Source: Acaryochloris marina S15 (GTDB lineage Bacteria > Cyanobacteriota > Cyanobacteriia > Thermosynechococcales > Thermosynechococcaceae). From it: a DNA stretch of 32,000 bases. Location of the stretch: NCBI RefSeq assembly GCF_018336915.1, contig NZ_CP064924.1, forward strand, positions 150,001 to 182,000, in the 5' to 3' direction. A program made the translations under genes and the position numbers. This document shows, one piece after another, positions 24,766 through 32,000 of the stretch (position 1 is the stretch's first letter; the number at the start of each line of letters is the position of its first letter). The notes under the pieces were generated by a model. That model saw nothing but the letters and a program-made list of their open reading frames with translations. It was not told the origin of the DNA and did no database searches.

Positions 24766-25484
24766 GACTCTATCCTCCAGAAAAACACCACATTAAATTC
24801 AATGAAATAGCCTAATAGATTGATTCCACTAACAAGTTGACTCAATATGACTCAAGTAATCATAAAAGCTCAATATTAATAATAGATATATTGAAATTAT
24901 CTACTTTTAATATATTTTTCAATCATTTATTATACAAATAAATTTTATATGCCAATATGCAAGGATTAATATTATTATTCTGTTTACAAAAATCTATATC
25001 AAAATAATTGAATTATAAAGATTTTAGCTGTCAACAAGTTTAATTATGAGTTAGTTAGAGATCAAGGTTATACCTGAAATTGCTTTAAAAATGTAGATCT
25101 ATAGGATGAGGATCTTGTGAGGATTGTCAGTTTGGTTCGTATTCTGTTTACTTTAGCTTGAACTATTTCTATACCTGTAATATAGCGATCTGACGTGAGT
25201 TGTGAGAATTATATTCAACCTAAATGGATACTGGTAAAGATTTCAGCCTCTCTACATCTCACGATTGATTTCAGATTGCTATATATCCATCTTAAACATC
25301 ACCTCACCACTTCGCTTACTCAGCAATAGTTGTTAGCAAGTAGAGCACTCCTGATATGTTTGGATTGAGAGTATAAATTACTAGACAGCTTGCTAGAGCT
25401 GCCAATACACTGAGCGTTGGACGACACCCCCCTTAAGGTTCACCCAACTTACATAGTTGTGAGGGTGGACGCATTTTTACGGTG

Positions 25485-25511
25485 GAATATTGATGAAAAC
25501 CATCAATATTC
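25485..25511 (-). terminator. Perfect 11-bp hairpin just after the 25521 stop
   Basis: GAATATTGATG / CATCAATATTC with a 5-nt loop. No strong U-tract. Confidence 0.4.
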
Positions 25512-25520
25512 AAAACAGCC

Positions 25521-25970
25521 TTACTGTATCCAATCAACTCGTCCACGTTGTTCCTTTCTGCTACGGACCAGATAGCCATTGCTAAGGGTTAAGTGAATAT
25601 CTAACTGCCATTTATATTGTGACGGTACGATAGGAGGTCCAGGATGACCGGGCCAAGTAATTAATAACCCATGACCAACAATTTGCTCTTGTTCCATTCG
25701 GCCTCGAACACAAACAAACGTCCCGGAATGAGGGTAGCCATAATATCCATCCACGCGATCACCCTGTTTAACAAAGTTAAAGCAGACACCCGCGCCGTCT
25801 CGCCCATCCTTGGGATCGATTTGGCTACAGAACTGATAGTCACCGTTACTAAGCTTTTCCAGCGCAGAAGCCTGAGAGGGAATAGCTGTGCTTAAAACGA
25901 TAGTTAAGGTAGATATAATTGACGGCACTAAAACCATCATGCTTATCAGTAGAGAGTTTATTGCCAACAT
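25521..25970 (-). CDS. Secreted hypothetical protein
   Basis: ATG at 25970, inside the track GTG start. The N-terminal hydrophobic signal ends in SQASA. The mature part is Gly/Cys-containing. No family recognised. Confidence 0.55.
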   Translation of the reverse strand: MLAINSLLISMMVLVPSIISTLTIVLSTAIPSQASALEKLSNGDYQFCSQIDPKDGRDGAGVCFNFVKQGDRVDGYYGYPHSGTFVCVRGRMEQEQIVGHGLLITWPGHPGPPIVPSQYKWQLDIHLTLSNGYLVRSRKEQRGRVDWIQ

Positions 25971-25998
25971 CCTCTCACCTTTCACAATTAGGTCATCA

Positions 25999-26274
25999 CT
26001 AGCAGAACTGATTGAAAATGTTGCCAGCCCTATATTTGCTCATCCCAGAAATGAGTGCATAAAATTGCGACCCAAAAATTGCTCCTAGAAATGCAGTTAT
26101 TCCTGAGCAAACACAAACAATATTTTTGAAGAATCTAGGGAAGTAGGAGGGACTTGAATATCCACCACCGCAATATGAAAAAGCCGACAATCCCAATTTC
26201 AACCAGAAGATACTTATCAGGAGGCCAGAAAACAAACATAACTTTACCTCCTTGTATGCCTCATCATGCAGCAA
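25999..26274 (-). CDS. Hypothetical membrane protein
   Basis: 91-aa ORF with two or three hydrophobic helices. Weak support. Confidence 0.35.
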   Translation of the reverse strand: MLHDEAYKEVKLCLFSGLLISIFWLKLGLSAFSYCGGGYSSPSYFPRFFKNIVCVCSGITAFLGAIFGSQFYALISGMSKYRAGNIFNQFC

Positions 26275-26369
26275 TGCTACTTTGACTATAGTTTGATGCT
26301 AACGCAACAAATTGAAGAACCTGTGATATCAATATCTACCCCCCAGTCCCTCGCCAGGGCCAGGACAGC

Positions 26370-26485
26370 AAAAAACCCCTGAAATCCAGGGGTAGGTATA
26401 TCCTTATTCACGTCATAGGTATGAGGAGTTAGCACAGTAACTCCATCTCCAAAATACAAATTAAATCTGGGGGAATTATGAAGCC
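26370..26485 (-). ncRNA. Conserved non-coding element copy A, candidate small RNA or orphan 3' UTR ending in an intrinsic terminator
   Basis: Paralogue of 24227-24359. On the minus strand it ends in a CCCCTG/CAGGGG stem (26376-26392) followed by T6 (26370-26375). No minus-strand gene lies immediately upstream. Confidence 0.4.
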
Positions 26486-26566
26486 AAGCACACCCAAAAC
26501 AGTGAGGTGAGATATAAAAATCATTTAGAAGGGGAATAATACCCCCTAGACGCATTAGTGGTTTAT

Positions 26567-26734
26567 ATGACGAATTTCACCAGCCAGACATCAGATATAT
26601 CTCCAGAAATTGCTGCCTTGAAGGTGCAGCTAGCAATCAGCCTGAACTTCCATCATAGAAAGACATTGGAGCGTCTACCCCTAGAAGAAGCTGTGCGAGT
26701 GATGGCCGAAGTTTGGGATTCTTGCGACCACTAA
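26567..26734 (+). pseudogene. Degenerate or truncated third member of family B (55 codons)
   Basis: MTNFTSQTSDISPEIAALKVQLAISLNFHHRKTLERLPLEEAVRVMAEVWDSCDH* aligns with LR.QLAISLKFHHC.TLQNIPLESAVRAMTAAWDTCHPE. It stops where the full-length copies continue. Below the track cutoff. Confidence 0.4.
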
Positions 26735-27053
26735 AGAAACAGCTAAAGTCGTGACTCCCGCCGATGCCTTCTACAACAGCACCCTCACCGCCCCAAACAA
26801 AAATAGAACAGAAGTACAAAAAGATAAGGGAAGGAGACTTTATTTATATCCTGCTTCACAAATCAACCCATGCGGTCCAACGCTGATTCACTATTACTTC
26901 GGCTTTATCTTTTATACAGATCAAACTTTGAAAAAAATCATGTTTGATACGCTCAATGCATGTGTTAATCCTCACAATCAACTGACATACTCAAATATCT
27001 CTAGATACCTTTTTATCCAACTAGAGCATATCCTTGCCTAGAAGGAGAGGCTA

Positions 27054-27425
27054 ATGAGATTACAAGATATATACCAATATTTTTTAAATCCTCCCCCTGT
27101 TTATCTTGGCAAGGAAGTAGCTGTTTGCTACATTCTGTCCATTCTGATTGATAATGGCGATTCTTACGGTACAGCTTTAATCCAACATATCAGAGCAGAA
27201 CATCCACCTTATCGACTCTCAGATACCGTCCTATACAGTGCCCTGGAATTTCTAACTGACGAAGGAATGATTCAGTCGTGTTGGCAAAGTGCACCCACGA
27301 GAGGCAGACCGAAACGGATATTTTCAGTCAGACCAGAAAAACTAGATGAGGCCAAGCGCTTGGCCCAATTATGGCATCAGCATCTGGGGGCAGATGACAG
27401 GCCAGCCACAGCTAAACCCAGCTAA
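27054..27425 (+). CDS. PadR-family transcriptional regulator
   Basis: GDSYGTALIQHI...LSDTVLYSALEFLTDEGMIQSCWQ...RGRPKRIFSV is the winged-helix PadR pattern. AAGGAGAGG SD upstream. Confidence 0.85.
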   Translation: MRLQDIYQYFLNPPPVYLGKEVAVCYILSILIDNGDSYGTALIQHIRAEHPPYRLSDTVLYSALEFLTDEGMIQSCWQSAPTRGRPKRIFSVRPEKLDEAKRLAQLWHQHLGADDRPATAKPS

Positions 27426-27525
27426 ACCAACTCTGAGATATTTTGCTCAAACAGAGTTGCTAACATAAACTCAGATGATTGAACTGGGGAGATATTTGAG
27501 GTGCCCAGCACTCGTGAACAGAGCC

Positions 27526-27681
27526 ATGCCCCTGAAGGATAAGCCAGCGGGAATATCCCGGTGTGGGATTTCTCATGCAACTATTGCCCCGCATTGCTTC
27601 ACTAGCAAATGGTATGAGCTTTCAGAACAGGGTCAGATCATTGGCTCAGCACTGGAAACGAACTCCAGGTTGAACCAATGA
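27526..27681 (+). CDS. Small conserved protein, family A copy 2
   Basis: I prefer the ATG at 27526 (51 aa). The 15-mer CCCAGCACTCGTGAA upstream is conserved with copy 1 but is read in a different frame, so it is leader rather than coding sequence. Confidence 0.55.
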   Translation: MPLKDKPAGISRCGISHATIAPHCFTSKWYELSEQGQIIGSALETNSRLNQ

Positions 27682-27706
27682 TCCTAAAGAAGATATGCGG
27701 GCGAGA

Positions 27707-28036
27707 TTAACGCTGTTGAAGCGTAGCAACGTTCTTTGTATTACTTATCTCTTGCTCAACAGCAACAGGGCGAGTCTCTTGAGCGTCAGGTACAAATGCT
27801 CTAAAGACAAACCCTAAACGAGATTCTTCTACAGTGTTATCGGGAGAACTATTAGGTGCAGACGTTGCGGCCAAATGGCGACACCCGGCTGGAACAATTT
27901 TCACAATGGACGCAGCACCATTAGGACCACACGTAACGAGTGTTCCTGCGCGGGCAGAAGTGGTGCTTAGCAAGGCTGACATACTGACTAAAGAACCACA
28001 AATTAAAGCGGTATGAAGCAAACCTTTTTTACTCAT
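27707..28036 (-). CDS. Small secreted hypothetical protein
   Basis: ATG at 28036 with AGGTGAG upstream. Signal peptide ends in SARAG. No family recognised. Confidence 0.5.
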   Translation of the reverse strand: MSKKGLLHTALICGSLVSMSALLSTTSARAGTLVTCGPNGAASIVKIVPAGCRHLAATSAPNSSPDNTVEESRLGFVFRAFVPDAQETRPVAVEQEISNTKNVATLQQR

Positions 28037-28219
28037 CGTGCTCACCTACTAATTGATATGAAATTATTGTCTGCATCAATTATGGGATAAATCGCTGAAA
28101 CCCTTATAAAAATTGTATAAAACTATACTGAATTATTCTCTCGTCCGAGCATATCAATCTATTTTTCTTGCATACGATGCATTAACACCCTACTAAAACA
28201 GAGCAACTATGATTTGCGG

Positions 28220-28480
28220 CTAACTACCTGAGAAGTATTTGCTTTCCCGGATGGACTTAGCAACTTGCTCCTTCGGGATAATTGCTGTTGAAGTATCACT
28301 GCAATACTGCGGCAAATCTTCTGGATGACAAGTATCCCAAGCCGCAGTCATCGCTCTAACTGCGGATTCTAATGGAATGTTCTGAAGGGTTGCACAATGG
28401 TGGAATTTGAGGCTGCTGACCAATTGCTGACGGAGAGCTAAGATTTCGTCATCGTGTGTCGTCTCTCTACTTGTATTCAT
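28220..28480 (-). CDS. Small conserved protein, family B copy 2
   Basis: ATG at 28480. The C-terminal two thirds is nearly identical to 21533-21799. Confidence 0.65.
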   Translation of the reverse strand: MNTSRETTHDDEILALRQQLVSSLKFHHCATLQNIPLESAVRAMTAAWDTCHPEDLPQYCSDTSTAIIPKEQVAKSIRESKYFSGS

Positions 28481-28781
28481 AAGTCCCCCAAAAACCAACA
28501 ACCCACTTACATTATGACTGCTGCTAAATAAATTTACTCACAGATGAGGGAGGCAGCCCTAAACCTATTCCCCATGCCTAATAGGTTGTCTACGAATTGG
28601 GTTAATACGGATAGGGAGACTGACAAAATATCTAAACAAACCATAAAAATCGCAATGGCTTCTGAAATCTTACTTTTGGTAGATACGAACTGCAAAAACA
28701 ACCTTGTAAGCTAAAAACGTTTTTAGGAAAGCGTTTCATTCATTAGAGCAAAATAATGACTACAGGTTGACTCAGAAGGAG

Positions 28782-29213
28782 ATGAAAGAGAAAGTTCTCA
28801 ACATTTTGTTGATAGAAGACGATGAAGTTGACGTGATGAACGTCAAGCGAGCATTCAAGAAAGGCAACATCTTGAACCCCCTATATATTGCCAAAAATGG
28901 CCTAGAAGCCCTAGCTCTTTTACGAGGAGAATCTAATAGCTCTCCATCTATGCCAGCCTATAGGCGTTTGATCTTACTTGATTTGAATATGCCCAGAATG
29001 AACGGCTTGGAATTCTTAGAAGCTCTGCGAAATGACCCAGGCTTGAAAAGCATTCCTGTGGTGGTATTAACTACTTCAGACGAAGATCGAGATCGTGTTG
29101 AAGCCTATAACTACAATGTGGCGGGCTATATCCTCAAATCCGTGAACTTCTCCAAATTCAAGGAGACAATGATCACTCTCAATCATTATTGGACTCTCAG
29201 TGAAATATTGTGA
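28782..29213 (+). CDS. Single-domain response regulator (CheY-like receiver)
   Basis: ILLIEDDEVD...LILLDLNMPRMNG...PVVVLTTS...GYILKS gives the acidic pocket, the phospho-acceptor Asp and the T/K signature. I chose the ATG at 28782 behind the GAAGGAG SD rather than the track TTG at 28767. Confidence 0.85.
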   Translation: MKEKVLNILLIEDDEVDVMNVKRAFKKGNILNPLYIAKNGLEALALLRGESNSSPSMPAYRRLILLDLNMPRMNGLEFLEALRNDPGLKSIPVVVLTTSDEDRDRVEAYNYNVAGYILKSVNFSKFKETMITLNHYWTLSEIL

Positions 29214-29257
29214 TACTGCTATACACCCAAACCCTAGAAAACCTGTTAAGCATTTGT

Positions 29258-30808
29258 GTTACTGCCCAGGCTGAAGCATTGGTAGCACAGGAGTTCCAAC
29301 AAAAATACTTCTAAGTGAATCAAGTACAGGGATATCTTGCTTTCTCAAAGTCGAAATATAACCGCGAATACGGCAGAACTGCTGGGCACCCGCCAACGAG
29401 CGGAAGCAACCTGAGATCTTCTGCTTCAATTTCATCATGCGAATATCCCGTTCAGCCTGATTGTTATCAAAGGGAACCTGGAAATCATACATAAAGGCCA
29501 GAACAGCAGATTGGTACTTCTCCAGTCGGTCGAGAAGGTTTTTCGGTGTACTTTGTTTTTTCTTGCCTCGTTTCTTAGGTGCGTTTTCATCAACTGGCAG
29601 GATTGGATTACTCTTGAATCCATCGGCTAATACTTTTCGGTAACGCTGCTCAAACATCTCGATTTGTTCTGTGCTGAGAGCTTTTAAGCCTTCAGCATGA
29701 GCACTCTCTACCTGAGTTTTGATGTCCACCAACAACGTCATCATCTCTTCAGCCCAAGGTTGCTGATAGTGCTCAACGACAAAGCGTAACTCCCGCAAAT
29801 GATGAGCATTGCAGAGACCATGAGCACAATCATAGGTGGCGTAACTCTGCCAACCATCATGAATGCTGGTACCCGTAAAGTTCGGCAGAATATCCATTTC
29901 GTCCATCGCTGCTTTTCCGCGTTTGGCATGAACAAAGTAGTAGGTCAACCCACTCGTACAGGCGACATGTAGCCACCATAGCTTGCTGTTCACCCGCAGC
30001 CCTGTCTCGTCAAAATGCCCTATTGCTGCTTGCTCAATACCGTCTTTGATCTGTACCTCAATCGGTTCTAATTTCTGAGCACAGGTTGTACGGGCATTGC
30101 AGAGGGTTCCTTCAGAAACCTGGCAACCAAAAACTTCTTTCAACAGGTCACTCGTTCGCTCAAACGGCAACAGTTGAGCGTCCAGCAAGTACACCATCAA
30201 GCCTTTAAGGCTACTGCCATACTGAACCACATTGGTGACATCTGCAGGGAATACACCCCGGCTCAAGGTTTGGCAGTGCTCACAATACTTGACTTCTGCT
30301 TGATGCTCAATCACCTGTAGTGACAAGGGGGGTAACTCATGAACCTGGCTAAGGTCATATTGTTGTGGTGCTACTTCTGTTAAAGAGGCACCACATTCTT
30401 GACACTGAGTCACCGGATGTAAAACTACGGCATCGACGGTCTCACGCCACTCCAATGTGCTACCAGGATGACCTTTTTGCCCACCACTTTTGCGTTTACT
30501 CTTACCCCGTAGACTTTTTGTCCGCTTCCCAAAGCCATCGCCTGAGGGTGGTTTACTACTGTTACGACTATCCTTGTCAAGACGTTCTTCTAGTCGCTCT
30601 ATCCGCTCGATAAGACGGGTGACTAGCTCAACAACCGCATCCTCACCTTGATGGTAGATTGCTCGAATATCAGATTCACTAATTTTTTGATCAGAGACTT
30701 TCTTGTTCAACGGAAGATCACGGATTGATTGCTGTTGTGCTTAAAACATAGATCCAGAGAGAGTTATAACTTCATTCTCAACACAATGATTTAAGCCTGG
30801 GCAGTAAC
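29258..30808 (-). mobile_element. IS66-family insertion sequence, single-ORF type, 1551 bp, intact
   Basis: Inverted repeats GTTACTGCCCAGGCT (29258-29272) and AGCCTGGGCAGTAAC (30794-30808). An 8-bp direct repeat GCATTTGT lies at 29250-29257 and 30809-30816; 8 bp is the TSD length typical of IS66. Confidence 0.85.
29259..30710 (-). CDS. IS66-family transposase
   Basis: 483-aa ORF with an N-terminal leucine-zipper-like region, a Cys-rich zinc-finger (CQECG...CEHC), then the DDE core (HFDETG...HDGW...). This matches the IS66 TnpC layout. Confidence 0.9.
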   Translation of the reverse strand: MNKKVSDQKISESDIRAIYHQGEDAVVELVTRLIERIERLEERLDKDSRNSSKPPSGDGFGKRTKSLRGKSKRKSGGQKGHPGSTLEWRETVDAVVLHPVTQCQECGASLTEVAPQQYDLSQVHELPPLSLQVIEHQAEVKYCEHCQTLSRGVFPADVTNVVQYGSSLKGLMVYLLDAQLLPFERTSDLLKEVFGCQVSEGTLCNARTTCAQKLEPIEVQIKDGIEQAAIGHFDETGLRVNSKLWWLHVACTSGLTYYFVHAKRGKAAMDEMDILPNFTGTSIHDGWQSYATYDCAHGLCNAHHLRELRFVVEHYQQPWAEEMMTLLVDIKTQVESAHAEGLKALSTEQIEMFEQRYRKVLADGFKSNPILPVDENAPKKRGKKKQSTPKNLLDRLEKYQSAVLAFMYDFQVPFDNNQAERDIRMMKLKQKISGCFRSLAGAQQFCRIRGYISTLRKQDIPVLDSLRSIFVGTPVLPMLQPGQ

Positions 30809-30901
30809 GCATTTGTCTAATTTTCTTAAGAAATTAAAAGATTCCAACTCTATTGCCAGCATTTTGGTGTATTCCTCTACCCATGATGTTTCCAAGGTTC
30901 A

Positions 30902-30959
30902 ATGATGGCTACTAAGCATGACAGTCTTCATTATTACCTCAAAGAGATGGGCCGTTACC
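30902..30959 (+). pseudogene. 5' fragment of a second sigma-70 gene, truncated by IS insertion
   Basis: MMATKHDSLHYYLKEMGRY aligns with [19 protein letters not shown] of the intact sigma at 22975. Homology stops abruptly at about 30959. Confidence 0.6.
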
Positions 30960-30976
30960 TACGGTGTACACATAAG

Positions 30977-31546
30977 TCATTCCTGAGCTAGTTTCCAGCC
31001 AGAGAACATCACCTCAAACCTTTTCAGGCCATGCGTTAGAGTTGCTGTACCTGGAGGTCTTTGGGATTGATACCCGGACCATCCGCCCAGACGAGCAATA
31101 ATCCAAGTTGTCCAAGCCAAGGATTTCATCGGATAGGGATTTTTTAGCTTTTTAGTTTTGCCTTGAACAGTGGGGAAAATTTTTTGCAAGCACTCCTGCT
31201 GTACATCGGTGAAAGTGACAGATGCAGGCCACTTTGGGTTATCTCTGCCTTCCACCATTTGCAAGGTTCGAACCGCAACCGATAAGGCTAAAACGGTAAG
31301 GCGCTGAATCGCTTCACCCGATTCGAGTTGCGTCGATTCGAGATCTAAGCCAATCTTTTTAAGCCCCGCGAAAATCCGTTCGATTTTCCACCTGAATTTG
31401 TACCATTCCAGTATTTGTAGTGCTTGCTCAAGGGATTGCACCGTGTGGGTGGTCAGTAAGCGCCAATGAATCGGTTCCTGTCCTTTGGGCGTTCTGTGTT
31501 CTATCGCTTCAATGGCATACAGCTGAATACTGGGTGGATAGTCCAA
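30977..31546 (-). pseudogene. C-terminal fragment of an IS4-family (IS50/Tn5-like) transposase
   Basis: HWRLLTT...YKFRWKIERIF (Y-x2-R-x3-E signature)...LALSVAVRTLQ...ARLGGW parallels the Tn5 Tnp C-terminus. The N-terminal roughly 60 percent, with the first catalytic residues, is absent. The element remnant spans roughly 30960-31600. Confidence 0.75.
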
Positions 31547-31654
31547 CTCCTTTAAATGCTCAGGTTGCTGAATTTTGGTTAGTGTCTTGATTTATTCGCC
31601 ATGAGCTGGAATAGCTGAAATGCTCTGATAATAGAGAATTCGGAGCACTCCTTG

Positions 31655-32000
31655 ATGAACATTTCCCAACGTGAGCAGCAGATTATCCGTATCCAGTCTC
31701 AAAGTTCATATGCCTCTATTAACAAAGCTTTAGAAGCAACCCTGCGCCTTGAGGCTAACCGAGTTACCCAGATAGCAGTAGAGTCAGCACTAGACGAAGA
31801 AGTCCAAGCTTATCTATCAGAGCTTCAAGGGACTCGCCCTCGACGTTCAGGCTATTATCAGCGGGTTCTTGATACCCAGTACGGCAGGATTGCTCAACTA
31901 TCTGTCCCGAAACTACGGAAAGGGAATGCAGACCGAGAGTGGAAGATTCTAGAGCGTTACCAACGAGCCCTCGGTAGCCTTCTAGAGTTTTGCCTGGGCT
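31655..32000 (+). CDS. IS256-family (Mutator-like) transposase, N-terminal part, runs off the window
   Basis: RRSGYYQRVLDTQYGRIAQLSVPKLRKGN...WKILERYQR matches the conserved N-terminal region of IS256-family transposases. Not in the ORF track because it has no stop in the window. Confidence 0.8.
   Translation, partial: MNISQREQQIIRIQSQSSYASINKALEATLRLEANRVTQIAVESALDEEVQAYLSELQGTRPRRSGYYQRVLDTQYGRIAQLSVPKLRKGNADREWKILERYQRALGSLLEFCLG

Noticed and set aside
25393-25410. Third partial copy of the GAGCTGCCA motif (TAGAGCTGCCAATAC)
   Set aside because: Only about 9-10 nt are shared with the hairpins at 23965 and 24181, and it has no complementary arm or T-run. This is compatible with chance.
26286-26555. 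89-aa minus-strand ORF
   Set aside because: It contains an intrinsic terminator (26370-26392) in its own orientation and coincides with a non-coding repeat whose paralogue (24227-24359) has no open frame.
26637-27041. ORFs 26637-26819 (-) and 26751-27041 (+)
   Set aside because: The first is antisense to the family-B-like 55-codon ORF. The second may be the frameshifted continuation of that degenerate gene (weak STLTAPNKNRTEVQK against STAIIPKEQVAKS similarity), but I cannot support it as an independent CDS.
1-32000. Searched by eye for CRISPR arrays, tRNA/rRNA genes and long tandem repeats
   Set aside because: I found no regularly spaced direct repeats, no tRNA-like T-arm/acceptor patterns and no rRNA-like conserved blocks. 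A tRNAscan/Infernal run would be needed to be certain.

Overview
The window looks like accessory, mobile-element-type DNA of cyanobacterial character. The taxonomic call rests on a DUF1830 protein, a cyAbrB-type regulator, a DUF3854/Toprim-helicase Rep and two HIP1 GCGATCGC sites, and it is an inference, not proof. There are four blocks. (1) 0.3-13.2 kb holds a Cas4-like PD-(D/E)XK nuclease on the + strand. It converges on an ~11.5 kb gene array that lies entirely on the minus strand, tightly spaced and partly translationally coupled. The array's distal half (1649-7808) is a DNA-modification module: PAPS-reductase-like PP-loop protein, C5-cytosine MTase, an unannotated 33-aa membrane peptide, a second divergent PP-loop-like protein, MT-A70 MTase, ASCH, DUF5131 (Gp37/Gp68) and a Cys-rich unknown. 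An IS with intact inverted repeats and target duplication splits the module from a run of small, often acidic genes including DUF3768. (2) 13.5-17.7 kb holds an XRE regulator and a 1169-aa zinc-finger/primase-helicase replication protein. A 300-nt internal segment of this gene is open in two frames. (3) 17.8-29.2 kb is AT-richer cargo: fatty-acid hydroxylase, Hsp20, AbrB-like regulator, HU, a sigma-70 factor, DUF1830, PadR, a CheY-like receiver and secreted or membrane proteins. It also contains two full copies and one degenerate copy of an unrecognised convergent small-gene pair, plus a paralogous terminator-ended non-coding element. (4) 29.3-32 kb is an IS pile-up: an intact IS66-family element with an 8-bp TSD, an IS50-like fragment that truncates a second sigma gene, and a partial IS256-family transposase. 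I found no rRNA, tRNA or CRISPR array by eye. The best candidate for something undescribed is the multi-enzyme DNA-modification operon, which has no visible restriction partner. Next are the duplicated small-gene/sigma-factor modules.
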